From positions 5,458,001 to 5,522,000 of the forward strand of contig NC_086101.1 in assembly GCF_963921235.1 (NCBI RefSeq): 64,000 bases of DNA. Direction: 5' to 3'. Shown piece after piece: positions 1 through 11,559 of this stretch (positions are counted from its first letter, which is position 1; every line of letters begins with the position of its first letter). The notes beneath the pieces were generated by a model, which ran no database searches, was not told where the DNA came from, and saw only the letters and a program-made list of their open reading frames with translations. The stretch comes from Mobula hypostoma (taxonomy: Eukaryota). The position numbers were made by a program, and so were the translations under genes.

Positions 1-170
1 GTGTCGAGTACATTCTGGGACCATGAGAGGTTGTGCACTCCTGGGAGTTTGAAACTGGTCACAGTTTCCTCCGCTATGCCATCACTGTAGAGAGGGGTGT
101 GAATGGTCCCAGTTCTCCCAAAGTGGATAACCATCTCCTTTGTCTTGTTGACATTGAGGGAGAAGTTACT
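1..170 (-). mobile_element. Rex-Babar/L2-like LINE reverse transcriptase fragment
   Basis: Minus strand encodes an 'LNVNKTKEMV' motif typical of the RT C-terminal part of these LINEs. Confidence 0.55.
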
Positions 171-209
171 TGCCGCTATAAGGGGATCGCAGAGCTGCAG
201 GCAGGGAAA

Positions 210-826
210 AGGGGAGTTGTGTATAGGAGCAAAGAGGTCCTTCTGCAGTTGTACAGGGCCCTAGTGAGACCACACCTGGAGTATTGTGTGGAGTTTTGGT
301 ATCCAAATTTGAGGAATGAAATTCTTGCTATTGAGGGAGTGCAGTGTAGGTTTACATGGTTAATTCCCGGGATGGTGGGACTGTCATATGTTGAAAGATT
401 GGAGCGACTGGGCTTGTATACACTGGAATTTAGAAGGATGAGAGGGGATCTGATTGAAACATATGAGGTTATTAAGGGATTGGACATGCTAGAGACAGAA
501 AACATGTTCCCGATGTTGGGGGAGTCCAGAACCAGAGGCCACACTTTAAGAATAAGGAGTAGGCCATTTAGAATGGAGTTGAGGAGAAACCTTTTCACAC
601 AGAGCGTTGTGGTTCTGTGGAATGCTCTGCCTCAGAAAGCAGAGGAGGCCAATTCTCTGGATGCTTTCTAGAAAGAGTTAGATAGAGCTCTTAATGATAG
701 TGGAGTCAAGGGATATGGGAAGAAGGCAGGAAAAAGGGTACTGATTGTGGATGATCAGCCATGATCACAGTGAATGACAGTGCTGGCTTGAAGGGCCGAA
801 TGGCCTACTCCTGCACCTATTGTCTA
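210..826 (+). mobile_element. CR1 LINE 3' fragment
   Basis: LYRALVRPHLEYC...RGDLIETY...RTRGH peptide followed by the CR1 3' UTR (gaagggccgaatggcctactcctg). Very similar to 15780-16312. Confidence 0.92.
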
Positions 827-894
827 TAAAAGGGGGACACACAGCAATGTTCTATCCTAGATGCTGGAGGCTGCTGTAAGTCACCGTTGTAATG

Positions 895-2180
895 CACACA
901 AGATGCTGGAGGAATTCAGTAAATCAGGCAGCATCTATGGAAATGAATAAATAGACAACTTTTCGGGCCGGGACAAAACAACGAAGGGTGAGACACCAGC
1001 AGGAAAAGGATGGGGGAGGAGGAGGAGGACGAGGACGAGCTAGAAGGTGATAGGTGAAATCAGGTGGGTGGAAATGTAAAGGGCTGGAGAAGGAGGAGGA
1101 GAAGCTGGCGGCACATCACAGCTTGCGCGGCCACTCTGGTGAATGATATCTGTAATCTGTCAAGTAGGGTGCCATGCACAATCCTGATTTGATGAAGACA
1201 GACGTGAGAGAACAGAGGAACATCTGGAGAAACTTCTGAGGTGCCTTTTTCGCTGCCGCTGTTACTGTGTGATCCGGAATCTCCGGAGGGGAAGGCCCCG
1301 AATCCTCGGCTTTGCTTGTTGCTCGACGGCCGGGACGGGGGTGGAAGTGTTCGGCAGAGATGGTGCTCGGTGCTCGGTGTCAAAGGGCTGGTCAGAGGCT
1401 CAAAGTTTTCGGACGGACTCAGAGTCAGCTGTGGTCGGGTGCTTCCAATGCATCAACAGTTGTCGGTGCCTGGAGGTTTATGGTAGAGAGAGTTTCTCCC
1501 TTCTGCTGCCTGCTATCGGGGACTATCGGGAGTCGATCGGAACTTTGAGACTTTTTTTACCGTTCCCATGGTCTGCTCGTCATCAAATTCTAGTATTGCT
1601 TTGCACTACTGTAACTGTATTATAAAATTATGTGGTCTTGTCAGTGTTAGTCTTTCGTTTGTTCTGTTTTTTTTGTGATATCACTCTGGAGGAACATTGT
1701 ATCATTTCTTAATTCATGCATGCATTTCTAAATGACAATAAACGAGGACTGAGCGGCCTCATAATCTACTCTAAGAAGGAATCTGATAGGAAGGGAGAAT
1801 GGAGCATGGGAGAAAGGGAAGGACCATGGGAGAAAGGGAAGGACCATAGGAGAAAGGAAAGGAGAATAAGCACCGGGGGAGTGGTGGGGGGTGGGGGGGG
1901 AGTGTGAAAGGCAGGTGAGGAGAAGAAGATAGGGGAATAGAAGAAAAGGGAAAGGGAATGGGAAAAATTTACAGGAAGATAAAAATCGATGTTCATGCCA
2001 TCAGGTTGAAGGGTACTTAGGTGGAATATGAGGTGTTGTTCCTCCAGACTGAGAGTGACCTCATCATGGACCAATACTCCAAAGTGGAATTGGGATAGGA
2101 ATTAAAATGGCTGGCCAACGGGAAACTCTGTCTTTGGCCGTTGGAGCAGAGGTGCTTGACAAAGCAGTCCCCCCAAAGCT
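895..2180 (-). mobile_element. Penelope-like retroelement 3' remnant (GIY-YIG endonuclease C-terminus plus pseudo-LTR), split by an insertion at ~1101-1770
   Basis: Minus-strand peptides 'GDCFVKHL...PLASHFNS' and 'LEEQHLIFHLSTLQPDGMNIDF' match the Penelope GIY-YIG C-terminus. The downstream sequence matches the recurring repeat that carries the hammerhead motif. Confidence 0.8.
1101..1770 (+). mobile_element. Unclassified non-autonomous interspersed repeat inserted in the Penelope remnant
   Basis: Related copy at ~63790-64000 (acagaggaacatctggagaaa...tcgctgc...gttactgtgt). Ends in AATAAA and a short aatct-like tail. Confidence 0.6.
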
Positions 2181-2190
2181 GTCCAGTTAC

Positions 2191-2472
2191 CTGTGGTGGT
2201 GATCGGCTTTGTTCGCTGACCAGAGGAGACACCATAGAGCTGAAGGGTGTACTTGGTGCTTGGCTGGAGACCAGTGATGATTGAAGATCGGAGTTCACCG
2301 GCCACTCTGACCTTCCGCACGTCCCTGGATCCCTCGGCTCTGTAGTGGATAAGGAAGGAGTCAAACTGCGCCTCTGTGGTCCAGGTGAGTAAGAAGGAGA
2401 CTTCCGTGATGTTCGAAACAACAAATGTGTCCAGTTTGCCCACTGTCCCTGTCTTGATCTTCTCCGTGGAAA
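2191..2472 (-). CDS. tnxb: Tenascin-X-type FN3 exon (...SFLLTWTTEAQFDSFLIHYR...GLQPSTKYTLQLYGV...KPITTT)
   Basis: Acceptor ttctttcccttcaag|TT TCC, donor ACA G|gtaact, 282 bp = 94 codons, phase 1-1. Confidence 0.9.
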
Positions 2473-2520
2473 CTTGAAGGGAAAGAAGGTAAGATTAAAG
2501 CACTTTGAAGGTCACCGGAA

Positions 2521-4220
2521 GAACATAGAACATAGAAATCTACAGCACATTATAGGCCCTTCGGCCCACAATGTTGTGCCGACCACGTAACCTACTCTAA
2601 AAACTGCCTAGAATTTCCCTAACGCATAGTCTCTATTTTTTTAAGCTCCATGTACCTGTCTGAGGCTCTTAAAAGCCCTTACTGAATCCGCTTCCACCAC
2701 CACTGCTGGCAGAATATTCCACACACCTACCACTCTCTGTGTGAAAAACTTACCCCTGACATCCCCTCTGTATCTATTTCCAAGCACCTTAAAACTATGC
2801 CCGCTTGTGTTAGCCTTTCAGCCCTGGGAAAAAGCCTCTGGCTATCCACACGATCAATACCTCTCATAATCTTATACACCTCTATCGGGTCCTCTGTCGC
2901 TCCAAGGAGAAAAGGCCAAGTTCACTCAACTTATTCTCATGTATATTTTCCAGTCCAGGCGACATCTTTGTAAGTCTCCTCTGCACTCTCTCTATAGTAT
3001 CTGCATCCTTCCTGTAGTGAGGAGACCAGAACTGAACACAGTACTCTAAGTGGAGTCTGACCAAGGTCTGATATAGCTGTAACATTACCTCATGGCTCTT
3101 GAACTCAATCACATGGTTGATGAAGACCAACACACTATACGCCTTAACAACTGTCAACCAGTGCAGCAGCTTTGAGTACCCTATCAACACAGACCCCAAA
3201 ATCTCTCAGTTCCTCCACACTGCCAAGAGTCTTACTATTAATATTACATTCTGTCTTCAAATTTGACGTATGGAAATGAACCACTTCACTCTTATCTGAG
3301 TTGAACTCCAACTGCCACCTCTCAGCCCAGTTCTGCATTCTATCGATGTCCCACTGTAACCTCTGACAACCCTCCAGACTATCCACAACACCCCCAACCT
3401 TTGTGTCATCAGCAAACCTACTAACCCACCCTTCAATTCTTCATCCAGGTCACTTATAAAAATCACAAAGAGGAGGGGTCCCAGAACAGATTCCTGTGGT
3501 CAATGACCTCCATGCAGAAGACAAACCATCTATAACCATCCTTTGCCTTCTGTGGGCAAGCCAATTCTGGATCCACAAAGCAAGGTCTCCTTGGATCCCA
3601 TGCCTCCTTACTTTCTGAAGGAGCCTGGCATGGGGAACCTTATCAAATGCCTTACTGAAATCCATATACACTACATCCAACAACTAGTCCACCACTGAAG
3701 TCATATTCACTGGTCTAAATTTCCTGGGTTATCTCTACTCCTTTTCTTGAACAAGGGAACAACATTTGCAACCCTTCAATCCTCCAGAACTTCTCTTGTC
3801 CCTATTGATGACACAAAGATCATCACCAGAGGCTCAGCAATCTTCTCCCTCGCTTCCCACAGTAGCCTGGGGTATATCTCATCTGGTCCCGGTGACTTAT
3901 CTAACTTAATGCTTTTCAAAAGCTCCAGCACATTCTTAACGTCTATATGCTCAAGTGTTTCAGTCTGCTGTAAGTCATCCCCATAATTGCCAAGGTCTTT
4001 TTTCCTGGTGAATACTGAAGCAAAGTATTCGTTAAGTACCTCAGCCACCTCCTCTGACTCCATGCACAAGTTTCCACTATCGCACCTAATTGGTCCTATT
4101 CTCTTACGTCTTATCCTCTTGCTCTTCACATACATGTAGAATGCCTTGGAGTTTTCCTTAATCCTGCCCACCAAGGCCTTCTCATGGCTCCTTCTGGCTC
4201 CCCTAATTCCATTCTTACCA
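2521..4220 (-). mobile_element. Decayed CR1 LINE (ORF2 RT region to 3' tail)
   Basis: Frameshifted peptides KSPGPDEIYPRLL, DVVYMDFSKAFDKVPH, LVRLHLEYCVQFWSP; (ttctatg)n tail at 2521-2540. Confidence 0.92.
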
Positions 4221-4249
4221 GCAGATGGGGACATTAGATGGGTTAGAGT

Positions 4250-4390
4250 GAGGGCAGGTGTGCTAGTAGGGACAGCCAGTGGGGTCGAGCAGGGACTGAG
4301 GGTGGGGTAGAGCGAGGGTGGGTGTTCTAACAGGGACTGCGGGTGGGGTATAGAGAGGGTGGCTGTGCTAACAGGGACTGCGGGTGGGTT
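4250..4390. repeat. Short G-rich minisatellite, ~41-bp unit, ~3 copies
   Basis: 'agggactg.gggtgggg' recurs at 4291, 4332 and 4373. Confidence 0.7.
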
Positions 4391-4485
4391 AGGTGGACTG
4401 GCTGTGTAACCATCCGAAGTTGGTCTTCGAGCATGGTGACAGCCTCCACGAAAATACCCTCCCAGCTCCATGCGTGGCCTGGTAC

Positions 4486-4767
4486 CTGTGGTGACGAGGA
4501 GGTGGTAGGGTTCCGTGCGCTGCCCCTTGCGCACTCCGTATAGCTGGAGTGAGTACTCCGTGCCAGCCTTCAGGCCCTTCAGCAGCACGGAGCGATAGTG
4601 ACCTTGAATCTGGCGCTCCAGCCACTGTGCCGATCCCGCCGTCTCCCGGTACCGCACCACGAAGGAGTCGAACGCGCCGCCCACAACCTTCCAGGACAGT
4701 CGGAGGCTCCGGTCCTTCACCTCCCGAGCCAACACGTTACTGAAGTTAACAGTTTGGTCGGTCGAGG
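4486..4767 (-). CDS. tnxb: Tenascin-X-type FN3 exon (...SLRLSWKVVGGAFDSFVVRYRE...GLKAGTEYSLQLYGV...LLVTT)
   Basis: Acceptor ctcccttgtcttcag|CC TCG, donor ACA G|gtacca, 282 bp = 94 codons, phase 1-1. Confidence 0.92.
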
Positions 4768-4884
4768 CTGAAGACAAGGGAGAAGAGTGATTTGCGAGAG
4801 AACCCCATCCCTGCACAGCCCGAACCAAAGGAAATCCATCTCCTCACCCAGGACCCCATCACCCACACGTTCCTAACACGTGGA

Positions 4885-5615
4885 AGCAGAATTAGGCCAT
4901 TCGACCCATCGAGTGTGCTCCACCCCATTCTCCTGCCTCTCCTCGCAACCTTTCATGCCCTGACTAATCAAGAACCTATCAACCTCTGCTTTAAATACAT
5001 AAGACCATAAGATATAGGAACAGAATTAGGCCATTTGGCCCATCAAGTCTATTCGTCATTTCATCATGGCTGATCCAATTTTCCGCTCAGCCCCACTCTT
5101 CTGCCTTCTCTTCATATCCCTTCATGCCTTGACCAATCAAGAATCTATCAACCTCTGCCTTAAGTATACACAACAACTCGGACTCCACAGCTGCCTGTGG
5201 CAAAGAATTCCACAGATTCACCGCTCTCTGGCTGAAGGGATTCCTCCTCATCTTCGTTCTAAAAGGGCACCCCTCTATTCTGCGGCTGTATCCTCTGGTC
5301 TTAGACTCGCCCACCATAGGAAACATCCTCAACATATCTCCATTCGATAGATTTCAATGAGGTCAACCCTCATTCTTCTGAATTCAGTGAATACAGGCTC
5401 AGAACCATCAAACGCTCTTCATATGACAAGCCATTCAATCCTGGAATCATTTTCATGAACCTCTTTTGAACCCTCTCCAGTTTCAGCACTTCTTCTCTGA
5501 GATAAGGGGCCCAAAACTGTTTACAACACTCTAAGCGAGGCCTCACCAGAGCTTTATAAAGTCTCAACGTTACATCCTTGCTTTCATATTCTAATCCTCT
5601 TGAAATGAGTGCAAA
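4885..5615 (-). mobile_element. CR1 LINE 3' fragments (two tandem 3' ends)
   Basis: LYKALVRPRLECC and FSQRAVNLWNSLP peptides; the 3' UTR appears twice (~4890 and ~5025). Confidence 0.88.
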
Positions 5616-5619
5616 CATC

Positions 5620-6992
5620 AGGAGGGACGATGGTGCCAAACAGCGACTTCTTTGCTTGCATCTTCAGAGACAGCTCTATTTCTACCTTTAATATCTTTAT
5701 GTTTCCCTTTCAGGGTTCCTTTGAAGACCCTGACCTGGAGTTACACGCAGGCTTTTGTTCTTTCCAGGAATGGGACCCGTTCTCGGGGTTCCACGACTGG
5801 CTGTTATTCGACATGCCAAGAGTTTGGCCTCTGAGAGTTTCGACTGCGTTCGGAAGCCTAAGATCTCAGGGCTCTGGTGACGGGCGGGTCGAGGGTCAGC
5901 GTCACGGCTGGAGACTTGAATGCCGTCGGGGAGGCCAGAGAATCATAAGACCATAAGACCAAAATCTTTCGCTGCGGGCCCAAAGACGCGAGGTCTTTGC
6001 GATCTTTGGACGCAGAGCTCGAAAAAAGCGACGAAACGGACTTTTAACATTGTAAACCAGCGAGTTGTTGCTATGTCTCCCGCTCGCTGTGAAAATGGGG
6101 GACACCTTCCTCTCCCGTAGAGAACCAGTGGTTTGCCGAATGTCGGATGAAATGGGAAGCCTTTGGGGTAACCTTGGTCTGTGTCTTTGCTATTGCTTAA
6201 CACGTGCTTGGGCTCGGTGATGATACCCGATGCACGTTTTTCTTGCTGGTGGGGGGAGGGGGTATTGTTGCTCGCTGCCACTTACGCACATGAGGGGAAA
6301 GCTGGGGGGGGGGACTTTGGGGTTCTCACGTTTATTTGTTGTTCATTCTTTGGGGCACTTCTCTGTTTTCGTGGATGTTTGCGAAGAAAAAGCATTTCGA
6401 GATGCAGACATCCCACCCTGCAAAAACTAATTTCAGGGAGGTAGCACCATCAATTTGCAGGAGACTTCCGGGAGAGGTGGGATGTCTGCAATAGAGTAGC
6501 TCCTTAGCAGCCAGCCAGCTAGTTTAAATAACCTTAGCTATGCTAATGAACAAATGACACCTGTTAAACTCACCTCAACATGTCTTTTACAGTCTTAACC
6601 CACCGTGGGCAATAGAAAAGTCACTGTTGCAAACAGTGCAGCGAGCAACACTGTCATTATTTTGATCCCTATTAGGCAGGGGTACACTTTAGTGTAGTCT
6701 GGGGTGACATATGTTTTATATTTTTTTTGGAACACTCTGCCATGGCGCGCTCTCTGTCTCTCTCTCTCGTGGTCGCTCGCGCGCTCTCGCTTACTTGTTT
6801 GCTCTCGCTCTCTCTTGCTTTCTCTCGTTCGCTCTCAAGAAAATTGATTTCCGTGATATTGTATATAATTTGCGGGCATCAGGGAGCCACTATTCATATG
6901 CGGGAGACTCCTGGAACTTCCGGGAGAGGTGGGATGTCTGGGGATGTATATTGTAAACATTCCTCTGGCAGTAAATTTGACCTTTGAACCTT
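5620..6992 (+). mobile_element. Unclassified interspersed repeat with a (ctttga)-type tail, host of the hAT-like MITE
   Basis: CpG-rich body ending in 'gacctttgaacctt'. The sequence reads continuously across the MITE insertion. Confidence 0.45.
6405..6940 (-). mobile_element. Non-autonomous hAT-like DNA transposon (MITE) with a zinc-finger remnant
   Basis: Terminal inverted repeats CAGACATCCCACC...GGTGGGATGTCTG; flanks gagatg/gggatg (6-bp duplication, 1 mismatch); second copy at 51775-52453. Confidence 0.75.
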
Positions 6993-7019
6993 CCTCACCA
7001 CAGACTCCACCTACAAATT

Positions 7020-7495
7020 AACCTTTAGGAAATCCTGCACAATGACTCGCAAGTCCCTTTGCACCTTAGTTTTTTTGTATTTTCTCTCCATTTAGAAAAT
7101 AGTCAACCCTTTCATTTCTTCTACCAAAGTGCACAACCTACAATTCCCGACAATAGATTCCATCTGCCACTTCCTTGCCCATTCTTCTGATCTGTCTAAG
7201 TCCTTCTGTAGCCTCACTCCCTAAACACTACCTGCTGCTCCACCTATCTTCATATTGTCTGCAAACTTTGCAACAAAGCCGTCAATCCCATCATCCAAAT
7301 CATTGACATATAACGTAAAAGAATCAGTCCCAACATAGGCCCCTGTGGAACACCACTAGTCACCGGCAGCCAGCCAGAAATGGATCCCTTTATTCCCACT
7401 CTTTGCCTCCTGCCAATCAGCCATGCATCCTTGCTTTTGTATTCTGGTCCTCTTGAAATAAATGGTAACATTGCATTCGCCTTCCAACTCAACCT
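7020..7495 (-). mobile_element. CR1 RT fragment, internally deleted
   Basis: 'RRQRVGIKGSISGWLPVTSGVPQG' and 'KANAMLPFISRG' peptides. Confidence 0.85.
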
Positions 7496-7559
7496 GGAAA
7501 TTCCCACTCAGTATCTGTCCCAAATTCTGGTTCCCTGTCCCAGGCAAACGCCACCTACT

Positions 7560-7960
7560 CAGAGCGTTGTCGCAGGGACCTCCACCACCCAGCTGTCGTC
7601 AGCAAGAAAGAGATACAGGAGCCTCAGGACTCGCACCTTCGAGTTTGGGAACAGTTATTACTCCTCAACCATTAGGCTCCCGAATCAGTGGGGATATCTT
7701 CACCCGGCCCATCAGTGAACTGTTACCACAACCTGTAGACTCACTTTCAAAGACTCTCATCTCACGGTCCCTCTATTGTTTATTTATTTATGATGATTAT
7801 TTTCTTTTCATTTGTATTTGCACAGTTTGTTGTCTTGCACGCTGGTTGCTGTCCATCCAGTTGGATGTGGTCTTTCTTTGATTCTATTGTGGTTATTGGA
7901 TTTATTGATTATGCCCACAAGAAACTGAACTCAGGGTTGTATACGGTGACATGCATATAC
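7560..7960 (+). mobile_element. Rex-Babar-like LINE 3' end
   Basis: 'KRYRSLRTRT..FGNSYY.STIRL' C-terminal motif plus AT-rich 3' UTR. Related pieces at ~9740-10020, 13800-14100, 24000-24870, 48440-48850, 56880-57220, 59160-59830, 60790-61270 and 63130-63790. Confidence 0.7.
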
Positions 7961-7979
7961 CCCAGCCTTTCTACACAAT

Positions 7980-9230
7980 AGTCATGGAACACTACAGCAC
8001 AGAAGCTTCTGGTCCATGCTGAATTATGAATCTACCTACTCTGATTGAGCCGCACCTGGACCATATCCCCCTCATACCCCTCCCATCCACGTCCTTATCC
8101 AAACTGCTCATAAATATTGAAGTTAAACCCACATCTACCACTTGCTTATTCCACACTCTCACCACCCTCTGTGAAAAGGTTCCCCTTAAACATTTCACCT
8201 TTCACCCTTAACCCATGACCTCTAGTTGTAGCCCCGGCCAACCTGCTTGTATTTACCCTCTCTATATCTCTCATAATTGTGTATATCTCTACTGAATCTC
8301 CCCTCATTCTCCTACTCTGCAGGGAATAAAGTCCAAACCTATTCAAACCTTTCCCTATAACTCAGTCTATTATTGCCCCTTACATCTCCTTTGATTCACT
8401 CCCTCCCATCCTAAATGCATGCCCCTGGTATTAGACGTTTCAACCCTGGGAAAAATACTGTTTGGCTACTCTATCTATGCCTCTCATAATCGAATAAATC
8501 TTTATCGGATCTCACTTCAGCTTCCATTGTTCCAGAGAAAATTACCTCATTATAGCACATGACCTCGAATCCATACAGTATCCTGGTAAAACTTTTCCGC
8601 ACCCTTTCCGAAATCTCCTGCAACAGCTCACGTTTATCTGGGTTAAACTCTATCTGCCATTTCTCAGCCCATATCTGCAACTGATCTATATTGTGCTGTA
8701 TTCTTTGCCAGTCTTCAACACAATGCACAACTCCACCAATCTTGGTATCACCCGCAAACTTACAAACACACCCATCTACATTTTCATCCAGGTCATTTAT
8801 ATACATCACAATCAGCAGAGGTCCCAACACAGATCCCTGTGGAACATCACTAATTACAGACCTCCAGTTTGAATAAGTCCCTTCAACCACCACTCTCTGT
8901 CTTCTATGTGGAAGCCAGTTCTGAATCCAAGCAGCCAATTTGCCTGCACACCCCATGCATCCAAATCTTCTGGATGAACCTTCCACGAAGCACTTTGTCA
9001 AATGCTCACTAAAACCCATGTAGACAACATCCACTGCCCTACCCTCATCAATCTCTCCCATCACCTTGTCAAGTACCTCAATCTCATTGGTAAGACACAA
9101 CTTGCCCCACGCCAAGCCATGCTGTCTCATCCTAATCAGGCCATGGATTTCCAAATGCTCATAAGTCCTACCCCTAAGAATCCTCTCCAGTGTCTTCCCT
9201 AGCACTGACGTGAGACTCACTGGTCTATAC
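7980..9230 (-). mobile_element. Decayed CR1 ORF2 fragments
   Basis: 'YRPVSLTSVLGK', 'VPQGSVLGPLL..MYINDLD', 'KFAGDTKIGG' RT motifs. Confidence 0.9.
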
Positions 9231-10652
9231 CTTTGGCTCATCAGGAAGACTGAGGAAGTGACAGACAGGAGTTATGGGGAGGTAGTCACCCCTAAGATGC
9301 AGGAGACAAATACCTGGGTGACTGTCAGGAGAAGGAAAGGAAATGGTCAGCAGGTGCAGAGTACCCCTGTGGTTGTTCCCCTGTTGTAAGTTGGGGGGGG
9401 GGATGACCAACCGGGAAAGCCACAGCATATCTGCCCACAACCCCTGTTCTGCTTCAGCAGCAAATGTCTTACATTTATCTTGATGAAGGTTATGGGGGCT
9501 GGCTGTCTGAGTGGCCGCCCCCTGGACGCAGGTGATCAGAAAACTGGCGTTGCGAGTCTCAAGTAGGATATTGATGAGTTGCAGCGAGGAATTTAACCCC
9601 AGTTACTGGGAGTTGAAAGCCCTTTGGAAAGCAAAGAGACACATCACATTGTCTTTTCCCCAGGGAAGGGGCACAAGTTTAAGATCAAAGGCGGGGGAAT
9701 TTAAAGGGGACATCAGAAGCAGATTCTTCAAACTCACTGCTACTATCGAGGAGGAGGTACAGGAGCCTGAAGGCACACACTCAATGTTTCAGGAAGAGCT
9801 TCTTCCCCTCTGCCATCAGATTTCTGAATGGACAATGAACTCATGAACACTCCCTCACTATTTTTGCTCGCTTTATGCACTACATATTTAATTTTTAAAA
9901 ATATATTTCTTATTGTAATTTACACATTTAAAAAAATTATTATGCATTGCAATGTACTGCTGTCACAAACAACAAATTTCACGACGTATGCCAGTGATAT
10001 TAAACCTGATTCTGATTCTGACTGAAAGAGTGGTGCTTATTTGTATTGGGCTGGCAGGAATAGTGGCTGAGCTGGACACATCAGAGGCATTTAAAAGATA
10101 TCTGGATAAGTATGTGGACAGGAGAGGCGCGGAGGACGATGAGCCAAATGTGGGCAGAAGTGATTCGCTCGCTGGGTGTGGACGAGTATGACAAGCCAGC
10201 AACTTGTACCCTCATCCACACTCCATCCTCTCTGTCCAGCCTGTGGTACCCCCTCCCCGATTTTCAGCCTGCCTGTTAACTACTCTCTGCGAGCCGCACG
10301 GTGGCAGGGGATGACAGAGAGAGGTGTACCAGGATGTTGGCCATTCTCCTTCAGCGAGGTGACAGCCACGTCTCCGATCAAACCGGATGCTGAATATCCC
10401 TCCAGAGGCTGAATTAGGGGAGGGAAGACAAATTATTCAAAACTCTACAACTTTGCAAAAAGTCCTGAAGCGATTGGCCTGAAAATAAAAGATTCATATG
10501 ACAGGAAAATCCTCAAAAACCTGTGAAGAATGTAGAGAGGAGGGCACTGATGGCGGTCCATCCACGGTCAGTGCCCACTGATTAGCTTCCTGCAGAAGGT
10601 TTGGAGAAGCGGGAGGGAATTTACTCGGTGAGTCCTACTTGTATTGGTTTAC

Positions 10653-11060
10653 CTGCAGGTGGAACTAAGAGGGTGTCATCAGTTGCAGTCTGCAACATCG
10701 CATTATAGTCTACACCAGGGTTAGGTGTTGCTGGAGGCCGATGAGCTTCAAACAAGCCGGATGTGCTGAGGCTCTGAGAGGTGACGAGCGAATCCTTAAA
10801 GGGCATTGGGGTCCACCAGGGGGTCTGGTTTTCAGAGGAGGCATTGGGGCGCAACGTACTCTCCGGTATTCCTGCTGTGGAGGGAGTGGTCACCTCCCCT
10901 TCCAGCTCCTCCTGGGCTATCTCCTCCTCATCCACGTCCTCGTCCTCCTCCTCCTCCTGCTCCTGCTCCTCAATGCCCTCCTCCCGAACACCTGCCGGCA
11001 TGGTCTGAAGGTCCTCTGTCTCCTTGTTGGCGGTCACTGGCCCAGAGTCCAAGCCCCGTA
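10653..11060 (-). CDS. tnxb: Non-FN3 acidic, Thr/Pro-rich linker exon (EEGIEEQEQEEEEDEDVDEEE...)
   Basis: Acceptor ctttgtatcctccctcag|TA CGG, donor GCA G|gtaaac, 408 bp = 136 codons, phase 1-1. Confidence 0.75.
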
Positions 11061-11559
11061 CTGAGGGAGGATACAAAGTAGAGACAAAGGATAGACCTTC
11101 TGTTAATATCCACCTACTAAATAACAAAGAGTAGTTCATGAGAAGGCGGCTAAACCCGTCAGAGACCACCCTGTGGGATCAGAGAATCGTTTTCGTTTCA
11201 TAATCCTGCTCGAGCTCTCAAGTCTTCTTCTGCCAATCTCATAAATTAAAAAAAATTCTCATCAATAGAAAAGTGGCAGGTCACTTTTTTTGAACCAGCT
11301 CCTAAACTGTGGAATTTAGAAACTTAGTTGCTGCTTTAAACCTGTTTATTTAACCTTCCTTTTAGCTAACATCTTCTTGCCTTTTATTTTCATGTTTGCA
11401 CTTTATCCCATTGTAAAAATACTTTGAAGTAGATCATGGATGAAAAGTATTATTATTATTATTATCTCACGGGATTTGATAGCAGTCAGAGAGAGTGCAG
11501 AATCGATGCACGCGGATGGATGGAGTTATTTTCCATAAAGCTTGGCAATACTGATGTGA

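Noticed and set aside
33..671. 212-aa ORF
   Set aside because: Chance fusion of an antisense Rex-like fragment with a CR1 C-terminus.
10250..10408. Possible small extra exon after acceptor-like cccctaattcag
   Set aside because: No consistent phase 1-1 donor and no recognisable peptide, so it cannot be supported from sequence alone.
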